Below are positions 25,501-38,700 of a stretch of 64,000 bases of DNA, one piece after another. The stretch is from Lingula anatina (Eukaryota > Animalia > Brachiopoda): the NCBI GenBank assembly GCA_051362555.1, contig CM120648.1, positions 411,721 through 475,720 on the forward strand. The letters run 5' to 3'. Position 1 is the stretch's first letter. The number at the start of each line of letters is the position of its first letter. A program made the translations under genes and the position numbers. The notes below the pieces were generated by a model. The model worked only from the letters and a program-made list of their open reading frames with translations, searched no databases and had not been told where the DNA came from.

Positions 25501-27742
25501 CAGTCAAATAGCTGGTTTAATTTAATTAATCCAATAATGAACACAGGTTGAAATGCAAGTTAAATCTACTGAGTAATCACAGCCTGTGTAAAATACTCAC
25601 GGATCATTGGTGAAAGCCAAGGGGAAGTACCACCTCAAAGCCACCATAAGACCAGCCATCACCAGGGCAACCACCCCTTAAAGTAGAGGAAAGAGTTCAT
25701 TATTTGTATACCACACTCCTCATGCATCTCAGCTTTGTTTACATTCGCCGCCTAGTCAATTTTGCCCTGATGCAGACTGGAGTTGACTTTCTCCCCTCCC
25801 TGAGGAGAATACAACCAGCTGTGTTACTAATACAAGGCACTGAAAGCTATTGACCAAACAATATCTTTCACTGCCAGACCAGGAACTCTACCCCTGCTTT
25901 AGCCCTTTAGTGCTGAGCGCAAAGTGGGGAGACAGCAGGTACCATTTATGTCCCAGGGCGGAGCTGAGCCCAGGTCCGAGGCGAAAACACGATATAGTGC
26001 TCACTGATCAGGCGATTGAATTGGAAATTTTTTTAACAGCTGTCAAGAAAAAAAATTGCAGCTTCTGACATTGATCAGCCAATGTAAGTATTAAATGTGA
26101 GTTTTAAGTTGAGATCTGTGAGTCCTTTAACTTTTTCCTATCTTAAATAATGTCAAATCAAAATTGACACATGATTCTATTAAAATGTCCCTATCCCATG
26201 CAATTCAATACACTACCTGCTTGGTCCTAAAGATCAGAAAATGTTCACAGAAATTTGGCAGACTACCCCATCCACTATATACTTACACACCATGGAGAGA
26301 GCCACTCTGCTGGCTGTGACGGCCCCTGCAGGGTCTGCACCGCCCAGCGCCTGCCCCACTCTTATAGAAGAAGCTACACCAATACCCATTGGGACCTGAA
26401 AGACAGGACAGAGAAGGTAGAAACTAGCACAATGAGCCTATGTTGTCCCCTTCCCCCCACCACAGTGCTTGTCCCACTAGTAGATTAGACTTTCCCAATA
26501 CACCCATGCATTGGGATCTGAAACACAGGGCACAGAGCATATAAAGGAGATCAACGGTCTATAAAAGTTTGTTGTACTTATTACTATGGGAATTTCTACC
26601 AATTAATTATAGCTACAATTACCAATTTGAAAAGACATGTATCACCGTGAGTGAGTGAGTGACACACATCGCAGGTAAAGTTCTTGGTTTTTTATGCTAG
26701 GCATAGTGTAATTTCACTCACCATGTAAACAAAGTTTTCTAATTGGAATAAAATTGATTGAACTCCAAGTTCTGTTTTGCCCACAATACCTACAAATAAA
26801 GATTTTATTAAAACATTATAACCCTAACATTATGATAACATAAATATAATTTGTGTCCACTGTCTAGAATTCTTCATTTTCATTTAGTCTTCATTGTAGA
26901 AATTGTCTCTATTTCCATTCTAAAAATGGAGTGTTTTGTAAAATTATGACAATTATTGAGTATATCGGAAACAAGGGAAGCGTCAACCTGTCCATTTGAT
27001 TGCATTCAGCGAGAGTCCCCGTGGAGTTATTTAGCTCTACCTAGTTCAAACATTCCATTGTGAATGCTCTCTAAAGCTAGTGCCTCCTACCTGTTAAAAT
27101 AGTCCCTATCTCAAAACTCCACCACTCAATACAAATCATCAGTAATCCTGGGACACCCAGTTTGATAAATGTTCCCCAGTCTTCAAAACACTCCCATGTC
27201 CAACCTGAAATCATGCTCTGGTCATGTCACCTCTTACTAGTTCAAACATACAAGAAGTTGAAAATTGTTGACTAAACATCACATTACATAATATAGGGGT
27301 GGCTTGAGGCTGCCTTCAGGGTCTTCAAGAAGCCGGTCAGATTTTCAAGTTATCACTGACAGGTATCTATTTTTTCTGTCGGAATATGGTCAGAAAAGGG
27401 AGATGGATCATCCAAGATAATTTGGAAGACCCCAGAAAATATCTCTGGATCTGTCCCTGTAATATTAATCTTGGGAGAGTGACCAATTTTCTGGTTAAAC
27501 CAGTAATGTGTCCACACACGAGAAAAGAAGATCAATCTAATAGTCTGGGCTAAGAATGAAATGCTGCAAGTAAACAATGTTACAACTGATCTAAACACAG
27601 TACTGACTGGAAAACCAAATTAGTGCTGCATGACAGCCTCACACAGTATTTTTCTATTATATATTACAATACTGACTATTTCATCTTCTATGAAAGTAAG
27701 AAAATGCTCCCAAAAATAATAAAAAAGTATAAAAAAGCAGTA

Positions 27743-27807
<65 letters not shown>

Positions 27808-28210
27808 CCAAAAAGCCCTCACCATCCCAAGTGTCTTTGTAGAGTCCACTTCCCCATATATAAGCTAACGTGCTGAATAACATGACAGCATACCCAATAA
27901 CCTGAGCAATAGCAGAGCCACTGTAAAAACACAATAACATAAGCTTAAGGTGTTTATAAACTTAAGAAGTTGACTTATGACAAAAACTATGGAAAGGCAT
28001 AAAGGGTACTTCAATCACCAGACATGTAATAATATCACAAACAACTGAAAATGGACACAAAAGCGTTTAAACACATTTTGGAATCCATCATAAAATGAAA
28101 ATTGTATTTACTTAAATCTGAAATCCAACGAACATGTAGTTTAAACAATTTTGAGAATTCATCATAAAATGAAAATTGTATTTACTTAAAATTGTGATCC
28201 AATGAACAAG

Positions 28211-28254
<44 letters not shown>

Positions 28255-29495
28255 CACACACACACACACTATCAGTCCATACATTCTTACCGTGTTCCCA
28301 GACCAGCCTGCAGCACAAACAACCAGTGACAAGCTGCATTGACTGTATTCCCCACAAGTCCTGTTACCATGGTCGGGTAGACTTTGTTCTAGGAAGAAAT
28401 CAATAATCATGAACATATCACTTCATATGAATTCTACAGGCATACTTAGGGTTCATTCCCAATGATATTACTGTTCTATGTAGACCAATCAGACTCTGTG
28501 GGGACTCTCGCTGAATGCAATCAGGTTAATATACCTCCTCTTGTTTCCAACATATTCATATATGTAATAACCAGCTATTCTTTATTCTATTCAATACCAG
28601 GAGGTGTATTTATCAATTATCTGATTGCATTTCTCCCTATGGAATTAGATCGATCTACATAGAACAATTTTCATTGGGAATCATCCCTTTAAGTGTAGTT
28701 GCTACAGCTTAACTTAGCTCAGCAGTATACAAGAAACTAATTATCTGATCCTAATGAACCACTGAGCATATGGCGTGATTCAGCTGAATAGATTACTTGC
28801 AAGATCCATATAAATGTTACTTGTAGAACTTGACTATAGAGATTGTGTTTACAGTACTATGGAATATGTTACATATCTTACTTTTATTAATTATTTTTTA
28901 TGGTATACAAGTATATATTAATAGGTACATTACAGAATTTGGATGCTATAATTCTCATTTACTACATGTACTAAGAAACACTCACTTGGTCTTGCAAATA
29001 TTTTGCCACTATTTCAAATTGGAAATTGAACTGGAACAGAAAAAAGTCACCAAGGTAATCAAATGTTACTCTCATGATAGCTAGTAATAATAATGTTTGT
29101 ACTGATAAATAATCATATTTTTAGAAAATTTATCCTCACTTCAGTCATCTTCAGTTGCAACTTTATCAGTAACATAAAAATATCACATGGTATTCCTAAA
29201 TCTTCATCAATTATACTCATAAATAAGTATTCTCATCAAAAGCATATACTGTTACCAGTAACACATTAACTTTAAGATACATTCATATTATAAAACAACA
29301 ACTATATGATTCTAGTACATGTAGTGAGAACCCATGAAAACAATACCATTTCATACATATGTGTATATCAAAATGGTAGTTAATGCTACTTACAAAAAGT
29401 CCTGGGAGAAAATACATGAGATACTCTCCAACCAACCTGAAATTAAAAAAAAAAGTCTAAAAATGAAACATGTGCCTTCATATAATAAAATGAAC

Positions 29496-29542
<47 letters not shown>

Positions 29543-32500
29543 GTAATAATAAGCGAAAGTTTTCCTTTTATTTAGAATAACGGCCCTTCAGGGTTTCAAA
29601 TCACAATTTGAAAGCAGTACCAAGTTGTCAGTGACTGTTAATTTATATATAAATATTCTATTGCTGCTCATTTGCAGCACTATTGCAGCAAATATGCAGC
29701 AGGCCTGATATTTTGCTAAGGGTGCAGTTTCACACTTAAATTTACCTGCTAACTTCAGGATCCTGCCCCACTAGAATCAACAGTCTCTCTATGTTAACCC
29801 ACAGTGCCCAGCAAGGAAAACACAGCAAAGACAGGATTATAACACCTGCAGGAAGACAATATACACATTTCACAGATATAGTACAGCTACATGTGTTTAT
29901 TCTACAAAGACAAGATTATTACACCTGCAGGAAGTGATTTACACCTCTCACAATTACAGTACATGTGTTTATTCTACAAAGACAAGATTATCACACCTGC
30001 ATGAAGTGATTTACACCTTTCATAGATGCAGTACATGTGGAGCTCATGACAGACATCAATTATGATGATATTATACATACATATTTACTGTCACACATCA
30101 AGCTGAGCCAAGCATTATTATGTGGTGCATCAATATTATTGTGTCGTATGTGTACCTATCAAAATACCATTATAGCATTATCTCATATCACAGTATTGGA
30201 TATCACTGACATATTTCACAAATCTAGCCATTATATAGTGAGCAAATCTAATGACACATCTTCAGTTTCTTACTTGAGTAAGGTGAAAAAAGACTGTGTG
30301 GTTAAAATACAAAAAAAAAAAAAAAATCCTTTGTTCCCATCCATCTTATGTTCTCAAAAACTTGTCGATATCTAAAATTTATCAATTATATCTAATACAT
30401 TTTTTCTTTATTTTTCTTTATAATATAACCATATGTACCTACCCTGCTGTAAATACACTCCAACTCTCTTCTTGTTAGTACTCCCAAATGTCTACAGTAT
30501 GACAAGATAGAACAGTTAACAAAAAACAAAAGAAACACAGCTGCCCACTGAAGAGTTTAAACGTAAATCAGGTATAAAATAAGGCAAAACAGTAAACAAA
30601 ACTTAAAAAATAAAAAGAGTTGCTCGTCAGTGCTCTATGCCAACCAAGCCACCGGAGGTAAAAAATAAATAAATAAATAAATAATAACAAATAATTATAA
30701 CAACAGTGAAGACAATAATACTGATGTAAATGATAACCCCTAAAAGCATGTGCCACCCTACCTGAGCAAATAAAGTGTCACAAGCAGTTGTCATCCCAGC
30801 ACCTATAGACACCCCCAGGACATTGATTACCTGTAGGAGAAAAACAACCCAGTGGAATTATTGGTAAGTTATCCTAGTAAAGAAGATAGAGACTGGTGGT
30901 TTTTATTGTGATGATAGAAATTTCAAAATAGGAAGTTGTGGTGGGAAATGTTGCTGTGCACTGGTAATATAAGGGGCTAACACTCATTAGTTCTCTAAAT
31001 TACCTGTAGAAAAAAATTAAAACAAATATAAATCAAAATAATTACTCACTGAGGCTATAATAGATTTACTCAATGCACCAATAAGTTTGGTGGATTTTTT
31101 GTTTCTTTTCTGAGAAGCACTACCCCAAATAGTGCTAATCACAACAAAGCAAATAATAACATGTACAGTTGTAATTTGTGGGCTGTTTTAGTACATGTTA
31201 TGCTGAGTTATACAAGACTAACACAGATTGGTCATGCTCTGCGCGTGACCAAGTAACTTTTTATTAACTGTGAATTTTTACCACCATACTACTCTGTGTA
31301 CTCTTGTGCATTTACTGTACTTTGTATAGCTGTGCACTTTTGTACATCTTGTGACACTCTATAGTAAACAAAAACTTAATTAGAAAACAAAGGGAACACA
31401 AAGAGTGCTTTTAATGTACAAATAGTAAAAGTCACAATTCAGACAAAAAGGAAGCATTCCTATTAACTCATCATACTAGCCAGATCAATCTAACTCTGTG
31501 GGGATTCTCTCTAAACTGCATTCAGTGTGAAGGGCTTAGATGTCTAGCATGACTACTCAAGCTGCTTGTGGGTAATTAACAATCATTACTCTCCAGTTAC
31601 TCAAGGGCGTGTTCCAGACAATTAAGCTGATTACTAGTGAGAAACCCTGCAGAGTTAGATTGATTACGATGGGTTTATGATAACACAATCTTAGACCCCA
31701 TCCCTATACCTAGATCAATCTAGCAGGATCAGTCCATCTCCATGGGGATTCTCACTAAATTGCACACAGTTTAAGGGGCTATAATGTCTGGTATGCCTTC
31801 CAAAGCTGTTAGGGGGTAATTAACTATCATTTAGCAGCTTCAGTAGGCATGCAGACATCAGCGCCACTTAAGCTGTTAGCAATTAAGCTAGAATCCCCTA
31901 GGAGATGGACCGATCCCAATAGGTATGGGAATGGGGTCTAAACCATGGTGGTGGTACTTACAGAATTTGCCAGCCCCACAGCATCCAACTCTGCTGTCCC
32001 CAGATGTCCACAGAACATGATAGCCACTGGGCCAAACATGTACGTGAACACAAAGGTCACTACCTGCAATGAGACAACAGATTTCATTGGCTAAGATCAC
32101 TGTTGTCATGGAAACCAAGTACTTGTACTGACAAGTCTAGTTCTACTGCAAGAGATTTTGTGAGGCTTGCTTCATAAAGATTTTTAAAAAATCTTGCTGT
32201 GACATTCAGTGAATCTTCTTTTGAGTCATTGTTATCAAAAAATAAAACTGAAATAATTGCATACATTAAAGACTTTCTGCATTTGAAAAGGACTCAAATT
32301 CCATATCCTATGTCTATATTTCCTGCAAATGAAGCTACAGTAACTTCTCTTCTCCAATTCAGGCCATAAAAACAATACAATGGACATTTCCTTCGGAAGT
32401 GTACATGTAGGAAGGCCAGCAGTCAAACTCACCTCCCAGTCATTTACATTTAAATTAGTTATTTAGAAATAGTATATAACAATGAATACAACAGCATGTA

Positions 32501-33527
32501 TGCAGAGATTGTATGACAATTATGTGCTATAATATTTCACAGTATGCAAACAGACATCAACTTATTCTAAACTAACAATATATTAGATATATTATATTTT
32601 ATTGCATACTAGTCATGACTAGGAATCTCTTTGGGGTTGATAGGGGGGTGGGGTGGGGTAGGGGTTGGGGGGGAATGGGATCTTGACCTTACTTCTTCTT
32701 GTGAATTAACTCTCTCTCTATCAGAACATCTACTGTACATGTACTACTATGATAATATACTGAACATTAAAAAATGTTACAAGTCCACAGTTAATCTTAT
32801 AAAACTAACCATAGGCCAGGCAAGGCTCAGCTCTTCTACAAACTCTTCCTTGTAGCCATGAGGGAATATAACATGCCAGACACCACATCTACCTGTACAG
32901 CAGGCTTCTCTTTGCTTGTACACCACTTCATACTTAATGTCCATCTCTAGAGGAATTGTAAAGGTGAATGATGCTGTACGCAATTCACAGTCACAAGAGG
33001 TCATCAGAATAATTCAGATTACCTACCCTCTTTACTATACTAGTATATATGTTTTAGGTATATACAAATACAATACTATAGATAGATACAACAAAATTCT
33101 GAACCGGTGGAAACTATTTCTTGAATTTTACATTATGAAATCATGTTGCAACACTGGCAGTCTGCCTACTAGTACACTGTACAATGTACATGGTTTTATC
33201 AAATTATTACTAGCAGAAGGTTTAGCAAACAAGCCTCTGAAGTTTTACTGGTCACATAACAATTTTCAGGCTTTAATTATGTCTTTTTATTTGTGCAACA
33301 TGTCACAGGTCCCACACTTCCGCATATACAATGATATTCTACATGCCAATTTCTATATGCTGATTTTCAATTAAGCTCCTTCTACATGCACAACACACCA
33401 TACCTTCATCTTCATCAGAACTTCCATGTTTGAATGTCTTGTACCATTTTGCTCCAGGACTGCTGGCAGGTGTTCCAGGTTTTATTGCGCTCTCTGCCTC
33501 TGACTCCTCCCCTTCACTTCTCTCCAT
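22564..33527 (-). CDS. SLC47A1: Multidrug and toxin extrusion (MATE, SLC47A) transporter
   Basis: 18 in-frame GT-AG coding exons: 33527-33404, 32946-32810, 32063-31962, 30830-30762, 30491-30443, 29845-29746, 29436-29394, 29030-28986, 28388-28291, 27920-27823, 27204-27091, 26789-26722, 26395-26287, 25676-25601, 25140-25071, 24606-24474, 24145-24048, 23462-23378, plus terminal exon 22847-22564 (19 in total). Motifs FCGHLGTAELDAVGLA, ACDTLFAQTFGS, MICIEWWSFEIG, SIRVGQALG, GILRGAGKQ, and the metazoan TM13 tail LSKGQLIFRR. Confidence 0.93.
23085..23380. repeat. 26-nt minisatellite (~11 copies) starting at a MATE splice donor
   Basis: Unit CACACCCACCTGTGCCTGAATACCAA. On the coding (-) strand it reads TTGGTATTCAGGCACAG|GTGGGTGTG. 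Confidence 0.92.
23442..23748. repeat. 62-nt perfect tandem repeat x5 spanning a MATE splice acceptor
   Basis: Units start at 23442, 23504, 23566, 23628 and 23690. Each contains the last ~41 nt of the intron and the first 21 nt of exon 23462-23378. Confidence 0.95.
27296..27460. mobile_element. Short dispersed repeat/MITE-like element; inverted diverged copy at 33574-33741
   Basis: AGATAATTTGGAAGAC...AGAAAATATCTCTGGATCTGTCCCTG matches the reverse complement of CAGGGGCAGATCCTGAGATATTTTCT...GTCTTCCAAATTATCT at 33574. Confidence 0.6.
28446..28692. mobile_element. Fold-back (hairpin) MITE-like element
   Basis: Arms TTCCCAATGA..TGTTCTATGTAGA / TCTACATAGAACA..TCATTGGGAA, with inner TGCAATCAG / CTGATTGCA. 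A partial inverted copy lies at ~26995-27040. Confidence 0.6.
31691..31941. mobile_element. ~250-bp MITE with terminal inverted repeats
   Basis: TTAGACCCCATCCCTATACCT ... AGGTATGGGAATGGGGTCTAA. Related diverged copies lie at ~31455-31680 and ~43555-43780. Confidence 0.7.
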
Positions 33528-33573
33528 CTTCACAAGTTCTGGAAATCATATACATTCACAGATATGTTATTAT

Positions 33574-33741
33574 CAGGGGCAGATCCTGAGATATTTTCTA
33601 ACAGTCTTCCAAATTATCTTTGTTGATCCGTTCTCTATTTTTGGCCATCTTCCGGCAGAAAAAATTAGATACTCGCCAATGTAAACTTAAAAATCTGACC
33701 GTCTCCCAGAAGACCCAGAAGAGGGTCTCAATCTGACCCTG
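33574..33741. mobile_element. Short dispersed repeat/MITE-like element (same family as 27296-27460)
   Basis: Ends CAGGGGCAGATC ... ATCTGACCCTG; internal similarity to the reverse complement of 27320-27460. Confidence 0.55.
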
Positions 33742-34192
33742 ATTATGATAATGATTATTATTACTGCCAATAGTACTAGTATGTACTAGTACTGGTACTA
33801 CAAACATATAGTACATACACATACCAGTATATTACTAGTACTAGCAAACAACTTTGGTGGGTTCTGTCAGCTGACAAAGTACTTACAGCACAATGACTCT
33901 GCTATATAAACCCAGGTCCAGGTCTCCTGACAGGTACGTACAGTACTAGCACTTACCTCAGGGGTTTGTTATCTACATGTAAGCTCCTTCTAGATAAAGT
34001 TAATAATTAACAAAACCAGTGAGTCTTAAGATCTGTGATGGCTGGGTTTATCTATTGGAACCCTGCTTATATATATGTATGCAGGTTCTAAGCCTTACCC
34101 CGTATCTTCACTTGAAAGGCAATGAAATCTGCAGGTAAAACTTTTTTAAATACATGTATGATCTACTAGCACTTTTTACAACCAAAGCTACT

Positions 34193-34288
<96 letters not shown>

Positions 34289-34467
34289 TGAGTATATATA
34301 TATGTGTGAAATTTAACAGTCTAGAATTTTGTCATTATGAGTAGCTACCTTGTAGTACACAGATCTACTTTAATCAGAATATATATATATTCTGAGTGTT
34401 ACTAGTAGTGTTACTCATAATGACAAAATTTTAGACTGTTAAATTTCCACACAATAAGCAGAAAACG

Positions 34468-34712
34468 TACCTGTAAAGCTACTTTGCAGTAAACATGATA
34501 ATTATGCAATGTGCATACCTGTAAAGCTACTTTGCAGTAAACATGATCATTATGCAATGTGCATACCTGTAAAGCTACTTTGCAGTAAACATGATCATTA
34601 TGCAATGTGCATACCTGTAAAGCTACTTTGCAGTAAACATGATCATTATACAATGTGCATACCTGTAAAGCTACTTAATTTGCAGTAAACATGATGTTAT
34701 GCAATGTGCAAA
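34468..34712. repeat. 48-nt tandem repeat x5 in a MATE 5' intron
   Basis: Unit TACCTGTAAAGCTACTTTGCAGTAAACATGATCATTATGCAATGTGCA. Confidence 0.92.
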
Positions 34713-35017
34713 CTGTATGTGCATGCAGTACTACATCATGTTGTGTATGTGCCTGCATGAACTGGAGGAACATATAAATACATGTAGGTCAATTTACAAC
34801 TAAAAAATTAACAAAAAAAGGTGCAGTTTTGAAGCCATTGTTTGACTGAACAAGAGATTAATTTAGTTTATGATTCAGCAATTTTACTATGTTTAGTCAT
34901 ATAACTTATAAGAAACTAGTAAAACATGCAAAGTCGTTTATATGTAAAAACTGTAAAAAAAAAAAAAAAAAACTGCTCGCGCTACATACATGTACACTAG
35001 CTGTCATGAAGTCTTTT

Positions 35018-35052
<35 letters not shown>

Positions 35053-35397
35053 GGCGGCTGCAAATTTTCACTTATTTTTCGGTCATTTCATCTAAAATAT
35101 ATTCAGCACATATGCAGTGACTGTTTCTGTTAATTTCCACATTAAACATTTTTCGTTTCCTTTTTTAAGTGTAAAACGTGAAGATAAAAATTATCCTAAC
35201 ATTACGCGGTGCATACACTTACCCAGTCGCTGTATACATATTATTCAGTGCTTGTATAACATTGCGGTTTATGGCGGCCTAATTTACAAGACCAAAGCAT
35301 ACGTTATATTAAAACACCACTGTAGCAATTCCATTTTTATCTTGACAAAAAGCCTGGTGTAATGGAAAAATACAAGTGGAAAGACGGAGTTAATTAC

Positions 35398-35718
35398 CTG
35401 TTTTCACAGCATGTTCACCGAAAATTCTCTCCCGTCCGTCTGCTCCTGAGTCTAAGATAAGCTTATTAATATGCAGTCTCACATCTCAAAACCATTTTAA
35501 TATATTGACAGAACAGCCATGAATTTACCGCATTTCGTCACAACATGTTCCCAGGTGTGCAAAAATGTATTGTTCGAACAGAATTTGTCTCCTCTTGTGA
35601 CCCAGTTATTGACTTGGATGGCGCGACATCTATTCTTATGTGCAAAGCATGAGTAGTTCATACATAAGCTGTAGGCATTTACATAAGCAGCGGTTTCTAA
35701 GTAAATACTTGTATTAAA
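35398..35718. promoter_or_regulatory. Probable bidirectional promoter between MATE (non-coding first exon, donor at 35398/35397) and SCO
   Basis: Minus-strand CAG|GTAAT donor at 35397 and plus-strand SCO ATG at 35719. CpG content rises locally, and there is a YY1-like GATGGCG at ~35617. Confidence 0.55.
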
Positions 35719-38700
35719 ATGAATCGGGCGATTGTGCGAGCAGTGCAGCGCTTAACAGGGTTGCCAGGGAAACCACAAGGTGTTAATATCCTAGAAAAGG
35801 TAACATTAAGTACCGCCTTTTTCTGTGTGACAAAAGGCCATGGCGTCTACATGGTGAACGTGCTGTATTACTTGTTCAGTTGACATTGGCTATGACGCTA
35901 TGGATGATATTTGTTGGAGATGATAAAATGTTAGAGAATGGACTTGCACAGTGCCCTTGGGCATAAGTTATAATGCTGAATAATAGGAAGGTTTTTAAAT
36001 TCCACGCTCGACTGTCACCTTGGTCTGTTGATGGAATTTACATGTAAACTAGTAAATTTAAATTAAATTAAATTAAATTAAATTAAAATTAAAAAAAAAA
36101 AAACTTAAGTAAAAATCCACACGACATGCTTGCATCAGTTTTCAGTCCTCTTTGCTGCAATAAGAACATAGCATGTAAAGCAACAAAGATGTCCCACCTC
36201 AAATGGGAGTGATGCAGAGGTTTAGGAAAAGATGCCTGCCGTAGAAGTGGATGGGGAGAGGAGGGGGGGGGGAGGCATGGTATATAAATTGAAAAATACC
36301 ATGGTACATGCATAGTATTTCATCAATTTATGATATGACAACTGGTGTATTTTTATTTTCAGCAAAGACTTTGGTATTCTACTAAGCCCCCTACACTTAG
36401 GAAAAGGGTAAGGTATATTTCTTACTGGAATTCATTTTTATCACAATCTGCTGTATGTGCTATAGAGAATTGCAATAATTTCACTGTTAAATTACTGGAT
36501 AACTAAAGGAGAGTATTATTCTTTTTTAAATATACATCTAAAGCGAGTGTGTAATTCTAGTTACACATAAACTATTTCCATGTGTTTCTTAAATAAAATT
36601 GTGATGCCTAGTCATAAACCAAATTAATATCTCGTTCAACCATAAATAGCTTTAAAACTGCACCTTGAATTTCATAGTCGTAAAGTTACCTCTTCATCTG
36701 TCCTTCTAGTTCATAAACTTTAAAGGATAACTAAACAACGTAGTACTGCATGGATAGCATAATCATTGTTCTCACTCCCAAGTATGGATTTGACATCAAG
36801 CCATTTAAAAGGCAAAAGGAATCTAGCATATATTCTAATTCATACTAAAAACTAGAGTCATTCAGAACAGATGATCTGCACACTAACTGATCCACTGACT
36901 AAATATGGCCGACCCTACTACAGAAGCGATGAGGATAGGCGATTTAATCCATTTAATGATGTGTGTGGAGGCAGGGAGACCACCAAGTATCAGCGGCATC
37001 GATTTTGATATGGGGTCGGCCATATTTAGTTAAGGGATCAGTCAGTTCGCGGATCATCTGTTCTGAGTCCTCTGTTACACAAGCATACCTTATGTATTTC
37101 AGGTGACAAATGGTATAGTTATTGGTGGTAGCATCATTTTCTTTGGAGGTGCCTCAGTGTACATGTTGCAGCAACAGAACCGAAGCATACGAGATGCTGG
37201 AGGTCAGCATTCACAACAACGGAGTAACTAGTCCGTGGATCAAATATGGCTGACCCACTTGAATACTTAGCAGATTATATGGCAAGCTTTTTAGTGGCTC
37301 ACCATATTTGACACGTGAACGTGTCCACTGATCTGAAAATGGCATTTGACATAAGATTTGATATGTATGCTAGTGTCTGTACACATATTCTGATCATTGT
37401 CACAGCGTCATAAGCAGTGCTGTTTCGATCTGACTCGTCTTTGTTCACTGTATAACTGTTCAAACTGTATCGATTTAAATGTATATGTATTTATCAGCTC
37501 TATTCGTACAATTGTAAGTAAGATAAGAATTGAGAAATGTAAACTTTTTATAAAATGTTTAGGGTATAGGTCAGGTTACTTTATAGATAAGATGTGAATT
37601 ATATTGGTTTCCGGCATGTTTTGAAATTTTCAACACCAATTTTATGGTTTAATTTTATCAGCAAGTCAATAGACTCTCAACAACAATACGATAAAGACAT
37701 TTAAATTTTTTATGCAAGGAATACTATCTTAATTAATGTCTCCTTTAGCATTACTATATATGTGTCCTTTTATTAGTTTTAAACTGATTGCAGTTTTACA
37801 CTTAAATTTAAGTAGTATCATTTAAACCTCATATAATTTGTTTTAGAGAGGAAAAGACTATTAAGAGAACAACAAGAAAAAAGTGATTCTTCAGCTGCTA
37901 CCCCTGCTGCTACACCTGCTGCTACACCTGCTGCTAAACCTGTTGCTTCAAAACCCAAGAAAAAGAAATCAAATGTCAAGTCAGGTATTGGGGGTCCCTT
38001 TGAGCTGATCTCACAAGATGGCGCCACAGTCACTGAGAAGGAGCTACTGGGGAAGTGGACAATGGTGTATTTTGGTTTCACACATTGTCCAGATATATGT
38101 CCAGAAGAAATGGAGAAGATGTCTGCAGCTGTCAATGTGATCTGTAATTATTATTACTATTATTATTACTATTATTTAATTTAGGTATTTTTTGCAAAGA
38201 GTAACATTATTTTGTATATTTTATGTAGAAAATGAACTTGAAGGTAACTTGCCGTTTTGATCCAGATTTTTATTTCATTGATGTAATATTTTTAACATCG
38301 TTATCATCATCATCCTATCCCCACAGAGATTGACGGGTTTATCATCATGTTCTCTCCAAACCATACAATCCTGCATCAACTATGCCAAATTTCTGAACCA
38401 CTGACCAAGTCATCTATAGAGCTGTAAATGTTAATGACACAAAGTTTGGGCTCATTTTTTTTTTCAGACACATCTGATTCATCTTTGTGGTAAATAATTT
38501 ATATTGCATAACTCCAAAAGAAATGAGTACAATTTGATGAAGAACTATTTAAATTTCTCACTCACTCACACACACCAACACTTAGACATTTACAGTATAC
38601 ATGCAAAGTGGAATGGGTACAGCAAAAAGCAATATTTACAAAAGTAAACAGACTGTTACACTGAAGAAAATACAGACTTGTGAAAGACTTGTTTCTTCCA

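Noticed and set aside
32633-32680. G-quadruplex-capable G-run cluster in a MATE intron
   Set aside because: Similar G/C runs occur several times in the window, and there is no evidence of function.
34196-34300. Long (A)n, (AT)n, (GA)n, (CA)n, (TAA)n and poly-C tracts here and elsewhere
   Set aside because: Ordinary microsatellites; lengths may also be affected by sequencing error.
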